IMG/VR virus record: IMGVR_UViG_3300020474_000993
From: a virus
Reading direction: 5' to 3' (one strand)
DNA length: 64,000 bases
Shown here one piece after another: positions 19,963 to 30,135 of this stretch. The notes beneath the pieces were generated by a model. That model had not been told where the DNA came from, did not search any database, and saw only the letters and a program-made list of their open reading frames with translations. A program made the position numbers and the translations under genes. Position 1 is the stretch's first letter, and each line of letters opens with the position of its first letter.

Positions 19963-20406
19963 ATGGCTACATTGAATGAACTTCAAGATATGTGGGCTGA
20001 AGATTCAAAAATTGACGAACTAGATCTTGGTTCTGAATCTACCAACACACCAAATCTTCACGCGAAGTATGTGACACATCTCGCTAACTTTAAACTACAA
20101 CAAAGAAAAGCACAGGCGGACTTGGCTAGACTCGAAAGAGTTAAGTCAGAATACTTTCGTGGTGAACTATCTAAAGAGGAACTTGACCAGTTAGGATGGG
20201 AACCTTGGTATAAAAACTCTGTTCTTAAATCTGATATGCGTTCAGTGTTGGACGGTGATGCCGATGTTATCAAACAACAAGATAAAATTTGGTACTTAGA
20301 AACAACTGTAGATTTTTTAGATAGGGTATTGCGTAGTTTGAATTCAAGGACATGGGACATAAAAAATGCTGTTGAATGGAATAAAACACAATCTGGCTTA
20401 TTGTAA
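19963..20406 (+). CDS. uvsY: Recombination mediator UvsY
   Basis: W..DSKID...P.LHAKY; RTWDIKNAVEW; synteny. Confidence 0.88.
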   Translation: MATLNELQDMWAEDSKIDELDLGSESTNTPNLHAKYVTHLANFKLQQRKAQADLARLERVKSEYFRGELSKEELDQLGWEPWYKNSVLKSDMRSVLDGDADVIKQQDKIWYLETTVDFLDRVLRSLNSRTWDIKNAVEWNKTQSGLL

Positions 20407-21891
20407 ATGATTTTTGTCAAACAAAAAGACCATGTGCATATGCATGTGGAAGCCTCTGACGAAGGCATAACAAAAGAGATATCAGACTTCTTTACCTTTG
20501 AAGTGCCTGGCGCTTCCTTCATGCCGTCATATAGAAACCGTCATTGGGACGGTAAGATTAGACTGTATAATTATACTAAGAGAGAACTATATGTTGGTCT
20601 TTTACCCTACCTATTAGAATTTGCAAAACAACTTGAATATGAAGTCAAGTTAGAGATGGGTGAGATTGGTGAAGAGATGTCAAAAGAAGAGGTTAGAGAG
20701 TTCGCCACAAGATTAAAACTTCACAGTGATAGAAAACCTATACAGATAAGAGACTATCAAGAAGACGCTGTATTCGATGCAGTCAACGGTGGGAGAACTC
20801 TTTTACTTTCACCTACCGCTAGTGGTAAATCCCTCATAATATACAATCTGGCGCGATATCATCACGCCTTAGGACGAAAACAACTTATTGTAGTCCCTAC
20901 TACCAGTTTGGTAGAACAAATGTACGGAGACTTTGCTGATTACTCCACACACAATGGTTTTAATGTGTCGAAGTATTGTCATAGGATATACGGTGGTAAA
21001 GAGAAATCAAACAAAGCTGACATAGTTATATCTACATGGCAATCTATCTACAAGTATCCAAAGAAATGGTTTGAAGAATTTGATGTGGTGTATGGTGATG
21101 AGGCACATCTATTTAAAGCAAAGTCTCTAATGACTCTCATGGACAAATGCACCAACGCCAGATTTAGAATAGGAACTACTGGTACACTGGATGGTACAAA
21201 AACACACAGACTAGTCCTTGAAGGTGTGTTTGGTAAAGTGTATAAGGTTACCACCACAAAGAAACTCATGGATAAAAAAGAACTCGCGGAGTTAAAGATA
21301 ATCTGTATGTTGATAGAGTATACAGACGAAGAAAGAAAGTTAGTATCAAAGATGCCATATAAAGAAGAGATGGATTTTCTGGTAGGTCACGCTGGCAGGA
21401 ACGATATTATTAGTAAATTAACAATAACGCAGAAGGGTAACACCCTGTTACTTTATCAGTTCGTAGAAAAACATGGCCAGGTTTTATATGATAAAATAAC
21501 TAAGATGACAGACCGCCCTGTCCATTTTGTATTTGGTGGCACAGAGACAGAACAGAGAGAAAAAATTAGAGCACTGACAGAAAAGTCTGACAACACAATC
21601 ATCATTGCCAGTTACGGAACCTTTTCTACAGGTATAAATATTAGAAACCTTAATAATATTGTATTCGCCTCGCCTAGTAAAAGTAGAATCAGAAATCTAC
21701 AGTCAATCGGTAGAGGGCTTCGCAAGAGTGAGATAAAAACAAAGTGTAATTTGTTTGATATTGGAGATGACCTTTCTTGGAGAGAACGAAAAAATTATAC
21801 ACTTAATCATTTACTGGAAAGAATCAAAATGTATAATGAAGAGGCTTTTGATTACAAGGTTGTAAAGATAGATTCAAAAGGAAAGATATGA
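20407..21891 (+). CDS. uvsW: SF2 helicase UvsW
   Basis: SPTASGKS, DEAH, QSIGRGLR. Confidence 0.96.
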   Translation: MIFVKQKDHVHMHVEASDEGITKEISDFFTFEVPGASFMPSYRNRHWDGKIRLYNYTKRELYVGLLPYLLEFAKQLEYEVKLEMGEIGEEMSKEEVREFATRLKLHSDRKPIQIRDYQEDAVFDAVNGGRTLLLSPTASGKSLIIYNLARYHHALGRKQLIVVPTTSLVEQMYGDFADYSTHNGFNVSKYCHRIYGGKEKSNKADIVISTWQSIYKYPKKWFEEFDVVYGDEAHLFKAKSLMTLMDKCTNARFRIGTTGTLDGTKTHRLVLEGVFGKVYKVTTTKKLMDKKELAELKIICMLIEYTDEERKLVSKMPYKEEMDFLVGHAGRNDIISKLTITQKGNTLLLYQFVEKHGQVLYDKITKMTDRPVHFVFGGTETEQREKIRALTEKSDNTIIIASYGTFSTGINIRNLNNIVFASPSKSRIRNLQSIGRGLRKSEIKTKCNLFDIGDDLSWRERKNYTLNHLLERIKMYNEEAFDYKVVKIDSKGKI

Positions 21892-22307
21892 CAAACGAAC
21901 CGAAAATAATTTGTTTTGATAGTGGATTACAGATAGTAGCAGAGGTAGAAGAAGCGGAAACGCTAGACGCGATTGGTGTTATTAAAGTTCACTATCCAAT
22001 GGAAATTCTAAGAGTACCAATGTCGATGACCCACGAAGCATATTCCATAAGACCGTGGATGTCATTCTCAAGTGCTACTGTATTTGAAGTAAATAAAAAT
22101 AATGTGGTTGCCATGGCGCCACTCGGTGAGGGGTATTATGAAGGATACGAAAATTTAAAAAATGGATATTTTAATAAACCGATGGGTCTCCCATCTTCAG
22201 ATTTTGAGGAGTACTACGAAGAAAACGAAGAACCCCCAATGGATGAAGACACCTTAAAGGAAATGATAGACGAGGTATTGGGAAAAAAGAAAAGGATATT
22301 ACATTAG
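21888..22307 (+). CDS. Conserved hypothetical protein (possible Sm-like fold)
   Basis: Conserved position between uvsW and gp55; beta-rich N-terminus, acidic tail. Confidence 0.55.
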   Translation: MTNEPKIICFDSGLQIVAEVEEAETLDAIGVIKVHYPMEILRVPMSMTHEAYSIRPWMSFSSATVFEVNKNNVVAMAPLGEGYYEGYENLKNGYFNKPMGLPSSDFEEYYEENEEPPMDEDTLKEMIDEVLGKKKRILH

Positions 22308-22333
22308 CTATAACTATCCTTAAACGACAACTT

Positions 22334-22363
22334 ATTATACAGGATATCTAAAGCAGTTGTCAA
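22334..22363 (-). promoter_or_regulatory. Antisense sigma70 promoter TTGACA-18-TATAAT
   Basis: Perfect hexamers on the minus strand; no minus-strand gene downstream. Confidence 0.55.
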
Positions 22364-22396
22364 GTAGTTTTTTAATTATTTTTTATTAATTAATGC

Positions 22397-22425
22397 TTGA
22401 CTTTTGATTAACATTACTATACAAT
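22397..22425 (+). promoter_or_regulatory. sigma70 promoter for gp55 (TTGACT-17-TACAAT)
   Basis: Consensus spacing with an AT-rich upstream tract. Confidence 0.75.
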
Positions 22426-22435
22426 GGGTAACATT

Positions 22436-23041
22436 ATGACTAAGAAATCAGAAACAAATCGACATTATGTCAATAACAAGGAATTTTTGGCGGCGATGAC
22501 TGCATACCGCGAGTCGGTATTGGAAGCTGCGGAAAAGGGTAAACCTAAACCTCGCGTAACAGAATACATAGGCGAGTGCATGGTTAAGATTGCCAATCAC
22601 TTGGCATACAAATCAAATTTTGTCAACTATACTTTCAGAGAAGAAATGATTCTTGATGGTATAGAAAATTGTATTACATACATTGACAACTTCAATCCAG
22701 AGAAATCCAAGAATCCATTTGCATACTTTACGCAGATTACATACTATGCTTTTCTGAGAAGGATTCAAAAGGAAAAGAAACAACTTGACACTAAGTACAA
22801 GTATATTCAGAATCTTGACTTACAATCCATCCTAGATGGTGAAGAAGGACAGGGTGGTTCTGCTGAATTTGTGGAGTATATGAGGAAACAAATAGATGAC
22901 TCAGAGAAACATAAAGCTCAATACGCAGAACAAGATAAAAAGGTTCCCAAGAGGAGACCTAAGTATCTGGATGACAAGGCAGCTTTAGAGATGGCAAAAG
23001 AGAAAATACCCCAGTTGAAAGAAACTGAAAAAAGTTCTTGA
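22436..23041 (+). CDS. gp55: Late sigma factor gp55
   Basis: HYVNNKEF, NPFAYFTQI.YYAFLRRIQKEKKQ. Confidence 0.96.
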   Translation: MTKKSETNRHYVNNKEFLAAMTAYRESVLEAAEKGKPKPRVTEYIGECMVKIANHLAYKSNFVNYTFREEMILDGIENCITYIDNFNPEKSKNPFAYFTQITYYAFLRRIQKEKKQLDTKYKYIQNLDLQSILDGEEGQGGSAEFVEYMRKQIDDSEKHKAQYAEQDKKVPKRRPKYLDDKAALEMAKEKIPQLKETEKSS

Positions 23042-23066
23042 CTTCTGCCCTAAAACCATGTATACT
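23038..23066 (+). promoter_or_regulatory. sigma70 promoter (TTGACT-17-TATACT)
   Basis: Consensus; heads the denV-druA-grx-NTase-GT-gp47-gp46 unit. Confidence 0.75.
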
Positions 23067-23103
23067 GTGGTTTATATAAAGTTTAATTGGAGTTTTCTTT
23101 ATT

Positions 23104-23643
23104 ATGAATATATTTTATTTACATAAAACCCCTACCATATCAGTAAAAATGCATTGCGACAAACATGTCGTAAAGATGGTTATTGAGTATGCTCAGTTAT
23201 TATCTACTGCCCACAGAATGTTGGATGGTACACAATGGACTGATGCATCTAGTGGTAGGAGAATCAAACGGTGGCGACTAGACAATTCCAACATGGATGG
23301 TGTCTTGTACAAAGCGTCACATATCAATCACCCATCTGCCATATGGGTTCGTGAAAATCAGAAACAATATCAATACATGTATAACATGTTTGTTAACCTA
23401 TGTGACGAATACACATACAGGTATGGTAAGATACACATGACTGATTCCAAATTGCGTGACCTATTGTCTGAGTCACCAAGTAACATGGCACAGGGGTTGT
23501 TTCGAGAACCACCACAGTGTATGCCAGATTACTGTAAACAGTCCAACGCTCTTGATGGATACAGAACCTATTACAGAGAAGAGAAGAAGGGATTCGCTAA
23601 GTGGACTAAACGCGAAGTACCAGAGTTTATGAATGTCGCATGA
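23104..23643 (+). CDS. Pyrimidine-dimer DNA glycosylase (DenV-related family)
   Basis: MNIFYL...HCDKHVVKM..E.AQLLSTAH, H.NHPS..W. Confidence 0.75.
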   Translation: MNIFYLHKTPTISVKMHCDKHVVKMVIEYAQLLSTAHRMLDGTQWTDASSGRRIKRWRLDNSNMDGVLYKASHINHPSAIWVRENQKQYQYMYNMFVNLCDEYTYRYGKIHMTDSKLRDLLSESPSNMAQGLFREPPQCMPDYCKQSNALDGYRTYYREEKKGFAKWTKREVPEFMNVA

Positions 23644-24752
23644 TTTTATCCAAAGAAGATACCATATATGCAAGTAAAATAGTCGTAGATTACTTCTCAA
23701 AGTTTGAGAGGATTGACGATTACTTTCGTGCAAGAAAAATTGAAAGGGTGAAGGCTTTGCCTCCACCTCTTTTTGGTATGAGCGTAGAGGATGATATGTT
23801 TCAGAGTTGGGACATGCATCCAGAAGAAATGAATTTTGAAGTTGTTCAAATGAACAATGAGGTGTTTGACCAGATGTTAGAGATGACTGCATCTTTTTCA
23901 CCAGACCAAGCGCCAGGCAAAGAATTAAAACTGATTGTGAAGGAAACGAATACAAACACAGCAGTTGGTTTTATCAAGTTGGGTTCCCCTTTAATAAACT
24001 CCAAACCAAGGAATGATTTCCTTGGAGGGGTTCCCGACTTGCCTATCTTTAACAAGAGGGCAATCATGGGGTTTAATATAGTTCCAGTACAACCATTTGG
24101 ATTTAATTATCTAGGTGGTAAGTTACTGGCTGCAATTTGTTGTTCGCATGAAGTACGAAGGATGTTGAACAAGAAATATAATACAGAGTTCTGTTTGTTT
24201 GAGACTACATCTTTATATGGTAACATCAAGGGTGCTAGTATGTACGATGGTATGAAACCTTTTCTAAGATACAAGGGTGATACTATGTCATCGTTCTTAT
24301 TGACTATGGGTGAGGAAATTTACTTTCACCTACGCGATTGGTTTGAAGAGAAGAATGGTGGCGAAGTTCTTATTAAAAAAGATGCTTCCAGTAGAAAACT
24401 AAAATACCAAACAAAGATGATACAAGTTCTCAAGGCAAACTTAAAGGAACATGACACAAAAGCATTTGAAATGTTTGACGGTGTAATCAAGAAGTCAACC
24501 GATGTGACTACACAAAAAAGATTCTATATGTCAGAGTATGGTTATTCAAATACAAAAGATGTTCTTCTAGGTAAAACAGAACAGTTAGAAAAAGCAGAAA
24601 ACTTTGACAGGTTTGAACTAGAAAATGTTATTGATTGGTGGAGAAAGAAAGCCGTCAAAAGATATAGCAACTTGGTATCCGATGGAAGAATACGAAAGGA
24701 TTTGGAAGTCTGGAATTCTGAAACAATTAACAAAATAGATATAATAAGATGA
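23640..24752 (+). CDS. DruA/DUF4338-like protein
   Basis: PFGFNYLGGKLLA and ETTSLYG...S.Y motifs recalled from the DruA family. Confidence 0.65.
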   Translation: MILSKEDTIYASKIVVDYFSKFERIDDYFRARKIERVKALPPPLFGMSVEDDMFQSWDMHPEEMNFEVVQMNNEVFDQMLEMTASFSPDQAPGKELKLIVKETNTNTAVGFIKLGSPLINSKPRNDFLGGVPDLPIFNKRAIMGFNIVPVQPFGFNYLGGKLLAAICCSHEVRRMLNKKYNTEFCLFETTSLYGNIKGASMYDGMKPFLRYKGDTMSSFLLTMGEEIYFHLRDWFEEKNGGEVLIKKDASSRKLKYQTKMIQVLKANLKEHDTKAFEMFDGVIKKSTDVTTQKRFYMSEYGYSNTKDVLLGKTEQLEKAENFDRFELENVIDWWRKKAVKRYSNLVSDGRIRKDLEVWNSETINKIDIIR

Positions 24753-25000
24753 ACATAGAAATTTACTCAAAACCAGATTGTCCCTACTGTGACAGGGCAG
24801 TGCATATCGCACAACAAATTATCCAAGAAACAACACACATCAAGTACGAAAAGAAAATGTTAGATGAAGATTTTACATTTGAAGAACTACTTGAAAAATC
24901 ACCTAACGCGAGAACCTTTCCACAGATATTTGTGGACGGTGAATTGATTGGTGGATTCAATGACTTTGAAAAAATGGAGTGGTGGGCTGACAGACAATGA
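24749..25000 (+). CDS. Glutaredoxin
   Basis: CPYC, RTFPQIF, IGGF. Confidence 0.92.
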   Translation: MNIEIYSKPDCPYCDRAVHIAQQIIQETTHIKYEKKMLDEDFTFEELLEKSPNARTFPQIFVDGELIGGFNDFEKMEWWADRQ

Positions 25001-25395
25001 AAATAGGATTTACTTGTGGTGCATTTGATTTATTACATGCTGGACATGTAGTTATGCTTGAAGAAGCAAAAAACAACTGTGACTTTCTTATGGTGGGATT
25101 ACAAACAGACCCCACACTAGACAGGTCAGATAAAAACAAACCAGTACAAAGTATATACGAGCGATACATTCAGTTGTATGGTCTCAGATATGTTGATGAG
25201 GTTATCCCATACGACAGGGAAACTTGTTTGATGGATATCCTAACCACTAAAAGTATCGATGTTCGATTTATCGGTGAAGAGTATAAAGATGAGATGTTTA
25301 CAGGGAGTCATTTACCCATAGAGGTTTACTATACCAGTAGAGCACACACTTTCTCTTCTACAGATTTGAGGAAGAGAGTACAAAGGGCAAAGTAG
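24997..25395 (+). CDS. Glycerol-3-phosphate cytidylyltransferase-like NTase (TagD family)
   Basis: GAFDLLHAGH HIGH motif, VDEVIPY, R.H.FSST. Confidence 0.88.
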   Translation: MKIGFTCGAFDLLHAGHVVMLEEAKNNCDFLMVGLQTDPTLDRSDKNKPVQSIYERYIQLYGLRYVDEVIPYDRETCLMDILTTKSIDVRFIGEEYKDEMFTGSHLPIEVYYTSRAHTFSSTDLRKRVQRAK

Positions 25396-25396
25396 C

Positions 25397-26383
25397 ATGA
25401 AAATAACATGTGCAAGATTGAGGTCTAATGTAAAATACGAAGGCCCACTACAAACAGTATTGGATAGTTTTTTAGAGAACTATGTTAAATGGATGAGGGC
25501 AAACCCTCAACATGAGTATGGGACTTACAACATATCATTTGATGGCACAAGACCCAAGAGAACGCCAGAATCAATTGAATGGGCTGATGTAATAGTCATC
25601 CCCAGTGATAGTGAGTTTAGATATCATGGTGAGTTACAGATGAATCCCAAAGACTTGGCGAAGTCACAGTCTCACATGGACACTATCATTCCATTCTTCA
25701 AAGACAAACATGTTGTTGTGATGCGAAGTGATAGAGGTGACACGGAAAGACTATATAGAGAAGAGACATTGCAAAATGTCCCTATCAAATCTTACACAGA
25801 GATTGATGAGATTGATTTTTCTGGTAACATACATGGAATGAAGTATCACTTTATACGCAATAAGTTTGGTAATCCTTTATTTACTGAAGCTAAGAAGACT
25901 GACTTTGGTTATTGGGGTAGAATGAAAACAGGATGTGACCGCGATAAGATTATCAGAAAGATTTATCGTGACCCAGACTTGACCACCACTTTGATTGGTG
26001 GATTTCCGTCTGGTATTAAGAGACAATCCTCGTGGATAAAAGATTGGAATCAACTGTATCCTTTGTTAGAACCAAATAGATGGACACTTTGTTTTAACTG
26101 GAAGGATGAAACTGCTACTACATCTAGGTATGTAGAGGCACTTGCAATTGGTATGATACCTTTTGTTTGGAAACAATACGACAAGAATAATACATATAAC
26201 ATAGATGATTGGCAAAGAATTGAAGACTTTGATGACTTAAAATCTAAGGTAATGGATTTGAGAAATGAACATCTACTGTTAAGGAGATTAGAAGAATATA
26301 GAATGAATTATGGTAGAGTACTTTTGACACTGGATGAATACTACAATCAGTTTGCTGAAAGGATAGATGGAGCAACTGCATGA
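25397..26383 (+). CDS. DNA beta-glucosyltransferase-like GT-B enzyme
   Basis: KKTDFGYWGRMKTGCDR and TTSRYVEALA...YD align with T4 BGT as recalled (KKTLDVIYGGSFRSGQR; ITLRVWETMA...FD); sits in the T4 agt position before gp47. Confidence 0.65.
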   Translation: MKITCARLRSNVKYEGPLQTVLDSFLENYVKWMRANPQHEYGTYNISFDGTRPKRTPESIEWADVIVIPSDSEFRYHGELQMNPKDLAKSQSHMDTIIPFFKDKHVVVMRSDRGDTERLYREETLQNVPIKSYTEIDEIDFSGNIHGMKYHFIRNKFGNPLFTEAKKTDFGYWGRMKTGCDRDKIIRKIYRDPDLTTTLIGGFPSGIKRQSSWIKDWNQLYPLLEPNRWTLCFNWKDETATTSRYVEALAIGMIPFVWKQYDKNNTYNIDDWQRIEDFDDLKSKVMDLRNEHLLLRRLEEYRMNYGRVLLTLDEYYNQFAERIDGATA

Positions 26384-27432
26384 AGATAGCTTTAGTTAAT
26401 GATACACATTTTGGTGCGAGGTCAGACAGTTTGCCGTTTGATGCGTATTTTAGAAAATTTTACGATGAGTTTTTCTTCCCCACATTGGCGGAGAGAGAAA
26501 TTAAAACTGTTATGCACTTGGGTGATATCTTTGACAGAAGAAAGTATATGAATTACAACACACTCAAGAGTTGTAAGGAGTATTTCTTTGACCAAGCAAA
26601 AGACCTAAATATAGATATGCATGTGGTGCCAGGCAACCACGATACCTATTTTAAAAATACCAATGATGTTAACGCGCCAGAACTTTTATTACAAGAGTAT
26701 AAGAATGTCACTGTCCACCCAGAAATTACAGAGTTAGAATTCGATGGGAGAAAAATTTTATTTGTTCCTTGGATATGCAGTGATAATTACGAGTCTACTA
26801 TGGCGATGGTCAAAAGAACTGACGCAGAAGTATGTTTCGGACACTTTGAATTTGCTGGGTTCCAAATGTACAAAGGTCTTCCGAATGAGCATGGAATGGA
26901 TCATAATGCCTTTGAGCGCTTCGATTTGGTTTGTTCTGGTCATTACCATCACCGCAGTGCTAGGGATAATGTGGTCTATCTTGGTAATCCTTATGAAATT
27001 ACATGGTCTGATTTTAACGACAATAGAGGATTCAATATCTATGATACGGAGACTAATGAGTTAGAGTTTATGCAAAACCCATTTAGAATGTTTCACAAGA
27101 TATTCTATAATGATGTTGATGATGATGTTGAATATGATTTGACAAACCTAGTGGGTGGATGTGTAAAAGTTATTGTTGTAAAGAAAGAGAACTTTGGTAA
27201 GTTCGACAAACTAATTGACTCACTGTACAGTTGTAATTTGGTTGAGTTAAAAATTATAGAAGACTTTTCTGAGTTTGAAGACAATGCTGTTGGTGAGATG
27301 GATTTAAAATTAGATGATACAATTACTTTATTGAATGACTATGTTGACAATACTATTACTGATTTGGACAAAAGTAGACTCAAGACTTTATTACAATCCT
27401 TGTATGTAGAAGCTCAACACCACGAGAATTAA
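26380..27432 (+). CDS. gp47: Recombination endonuclease gp47 (Mre11-like)
   Basis: DTHFG, LGDIFDRR, GNHD, SGHYH. Confidence 0.96.
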   Translation: MKIALVNDTHFGARSDSLPFDAYFRKFYDEFFFPTLAEREIKTVMHLGDIFDRRKYMNYNTLKSCKEYFFDQAKDLNIDMHVVPGNHDTYFKNTNDVNAPELLLQEYKNVTVHPEITELEFDGRKILFVPWICSDNYESTMAMVKRTDAEVCFGHFEFAGFQMYKGLPNEHGMDHNAFERFDLVCSGHYHHRSARDNVVYLGNPYEITWSDFNDNRGFNIYDTETNELEFMQNPFRMFHKIFYNDVDDDVEYDLTNLVGGCVKVIVVKKENFGKFDKLIDSLYSCNLVELKIIEDFSEFEDNAVGEMDLKLDDTITLLNDYVDNTITDLDKSRLKTLLQSLYVEAQHHEN

Positions 27433-27435
27433 TTT

Positions 27436-29106
27436 ATGATAACATTTGAAAAGATAAGGTGGAAGAACTTTCTATCTACAGGGAATAGTTTTACCGAAAT
27501 AGAATTCAACCGAAGTCCCAGTACTCTAGTGGTTGGGGAAAATGGTAGTGGTAAATCTACTATGCTTGATGCTGTATGCTTTTCGTTATTCAATAAACCA
27601 TTCCGTAAGATTAGTAAGACACAGTTAATTAACTCTATCAACAATAAAAAAATGGTAGTTGAGATTGAGTTTAGAATAGGTCAGAAAGAGTTTAAAGTTA
27701 TTAGGGGTGTGAAACCTAGTATCTTTGAGGTTTATTGTGATGGTCAGATGTTAGACCAAGATGCAGCTGTAAGAGATACACAAAAGTATCTTGAAGAGAG
27801 TGTTCTGAAAATGAACTTCAAATCTTTTACGCAGATTGTTATATTGGGTAGTGCTTCATTTACACCATTCATGCAGTTGCCTACCGCATCTCGCCGTGAA
27901 ATCATTGAAGACATTCTTGACATTGAAATATTTACTACCATGAATCAAGTATTACGCGAGAAGATTTCTTTTCTTAGAGATGAGATTAGAGATGTAGAAA
28001 CCGAAGTAGAAGTAGCTAAATCTAAAGCAACTGTTCAAAGAAAATATATTGAACAATTGGAAAAAGATAAACGAATCAAAGTCGAAAATATTAAGGAGAA
28101 AATTGATGCCATCATCGAGGCGACTACTGAACTTGAAACAGAACTTTCAAAAGCAAGCACAGAGAAGGAGGGTCATGATGACCCGAAAGAACGGAAACGC
28201 AAACTGGATGGTCTCAAAGACAAACTCGACTCCAACCTCAGAAAGGCAAGAAAAGAACTCGACTTCTACCATGACACAGACGAATGCCCCACCTGTAAAC
28301 AAGGACTGACACACGATTTCAAAGAAGAAAAACAAAGAGAAAAGTCTGATAGAATAGAACAACTAGAATCTGGTTTAAAGGACATGGATGTTGAGTATGA
28401 AACAGTACATAAGTCTATAGAGTCCTATGATAAAATTGTTACTGAGATACAAGAGATTCAAAGTGAGATGATTACTCAAGAAAGAATGAAGAATAGAATG
28501 ACTTTGGAACTCAATGAGGCAGAGACTAATGTCGCAGATATTGATGAAGAAAAGAATAAACTAAAAGATATGGCGGTTGACCTAACCACCAAGAATAAGT
28601 TGAAAACTGAAAAGGGTGAAGAACAACATTACAATACTGCTGCTACTAGTCTGCTCAAAGATACAGGCATTAAGACTAGAGTTATCAGACAGTATTTACC
28701 AATCATTAATCAACTGGTAAATAAATATTTGGCTGCGATGGATTTCTTTGTTCACTTTGACTTGGATGAAAAGTTCAATGAGACAATTAAGTCCAGACAT
28801 AGAGATAGATTTTCTTATTCTAGTTTTAGTGAGGGTGAGAAACAAAGAATAGATTTAGCACTACTATTTACATGGCGAACTATTGCCAAGATGAAAAATA
28901 GTGCAAGTACCAACCTGTTATTACTTGATGAAGTATTTGATAGTTCTTTAGATAATAATGGTGTTGATTATGTAATGAACCTATTGCAAACAATAGGCGA
29001 GGAAACCAATGTGTTTGTGATTTCTCACAAGGGTGACCAGTTATTTGATAAATTTAGAAATCAAATTAAATTTGAAAAGATAAGAAACTATAGTGTGATG
29101 TCATGA
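27436..29106 (+). CDS. gp46: Recombination ATPase gp46 (Rad50-like)
   Basis: GENGSGKS, CPTC hook, FSEGEK, LLDEVFD. Confidence 0.97.
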   Translation: MITFEKIRWKNFLSTGNSFTEIEFNRSPSTLVVGENGSGKSTMLDAVCFSLFNKPFRKISKTQLINSINNKKMVVEIEFRIGQKEFKVIRGVKPSIFEVYCDGQMLDQDAAVRDTQKYLEESVLKMNFKSFTQIVILGSASFTPFMQLPTASRREIIEDILDIEIFTTMNQVLREKISFLRDEIRDVETEVEVAKSKATVQRKYIEQLEKDKRIKVENIKEKIDAIIEATTELETELSKASTEKEGHDDPKERKRKLDGLKDKLDSNLRKARKELDFYHDTDECPTCKQGLTHDFKEEKQREKSDRIEQLESGLKDMDVEYETVHKSIESYDKIVTEIQEIQSEMITQERMKNRMTLELNEAETNVADIDEEKNKLKDMAVDLTTKNKLKTEKGEEQHYNTAATSLLKDTGIKTRVIRQYLPIINQLVNKYLAAMDFFVHFDLDEKFNETIKSRHRDRFSYSSFSEGEKQRIDLALLFTWRTIAKMKNSASTNLLLLDEVFDSSLDNNGVDYVMNLLQTIGEETNVFVISHKGDQLFDKFRNQIKFEKIRNYSVMS

Positions 29107-29636
29107 ACGATTTAGAATTATTACCATTAAACCATCCTATGATGAAAGTTGCGCCTGAACCATTTGATTTTGAAAATGAAGATGCAGAGGAGTTTGCTGA
29201 ACTAATTTGGAACAGACAGAAGGAACTTGGTGGGGCAGGATTGTCAGCAAACCAAGTAGGGCGTAACGCGAGGATGTTTACTATGGGCGTAGACAGGGGA
29301 GAAGATTATAATTATAGGAGAGTGTTGTTTAACCCAGAGTTGACCGCATATAGTGAAGAGACAGAACCTATGGAAGAAGGGTGTCTGTCGGCGCCTGGCA
29401 TCACGCTGATGGTGCGTAGACCTATTAGGTGTACCATGAGTTACAGAAACGAAAAGAATGAGGTGGTATTGGAAGAGTTTGATGGTCTATGGGCAAGAGT
29501 TGCCTTACACGAGTATGACCATATGTTAGGACAAAACTTTACACAAAGGGTGTCTCAATTAAAATTGGACAGAGCGATAAAGAAAGCAAAAAAATTCAAT
29601 AAAAGGCTGAAAAGAGCTATTGAAATGAATAAATAG
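29103..29636 (+). CDS. def: Peptide deformylase
   Basis: GAGLSANQVG, EGCLS, HEYDH. Confidence 0.93.
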   Translation: MNDLELLPLNHPMMKVAPEPFDFENEDAEEFAELIWNRQKELGGAGLSANQVGRNARMFTMGVDRGEDYNYRRVLFNPELTAYSEETEPMEEGCLSAPGITLMVRRPIRCTMSYRNEKNEVVLEEFDGLWARVALHEYDHMLGQNFTQRVSQLKLDRAIKKAKKFNKRLKRAIEMNK

Positions 29637-29664
29637 AACATGAGAATGAACAGAGACCGAAACG

Positions 29665-30135
29665 ATGGCATATAGTAAGGAAGTAGTAGAAAGATTTAAC
29701 GCAGTAACAAATAACCCAGAAGCTCATGGGGTGGGTAGATTTGACCCAAATGACCCCAATGTAGCAACAGGACTGACAGGCGCGCCGGCATGTGGTGATG
29801 TCATGAAATTAGACCTTAAACTTAATCCCGAAACAGAGATTATTGAGGATGTTAAGTTTAAGACATATGGTTGTGGGTCAGCTATCGCATCATCTAGTAT
29901 GTTTGTAGATATGCTGACAGGATTACACATCGATGATGCGAAGATGATTAAAGATAAAGACATCGCTGATGCCCTAGCACTTCCGCCCATCAAGATACAT
30001 TGCTCGGTACTTGCAGAAGATAGTATCAAGAAAGCAATACAAGATTGGGCTGAAAAGAAGGCTGGTCGTAATACTACATGGTTAGACGAAATTACCATGC
30101 CCAAAGAGGAACCAAATGCAGATAACATTAACTGA
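29665..30135 (+). CDS. iscU: Fe-S scaffold IscU
   Basis: GAPACGDVM, FKTYGCGSAIASSS, LPPIKIHCSVLAE. Confidence 0.95.
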   Translation: MAYSKEVVERFNAVTNNPEAHGVGRFDPNDPNVATGLTGAPACGDVMKLDLKLNPETEIIEDVKFKTYGCGSAIASSSMFVDMLTGLHIDDAKMIKDKDIADALALPPIKIHCSVLAEDSIKKAIQDWAEKKAGRNTTWLDEITMPKEEPNADNIN

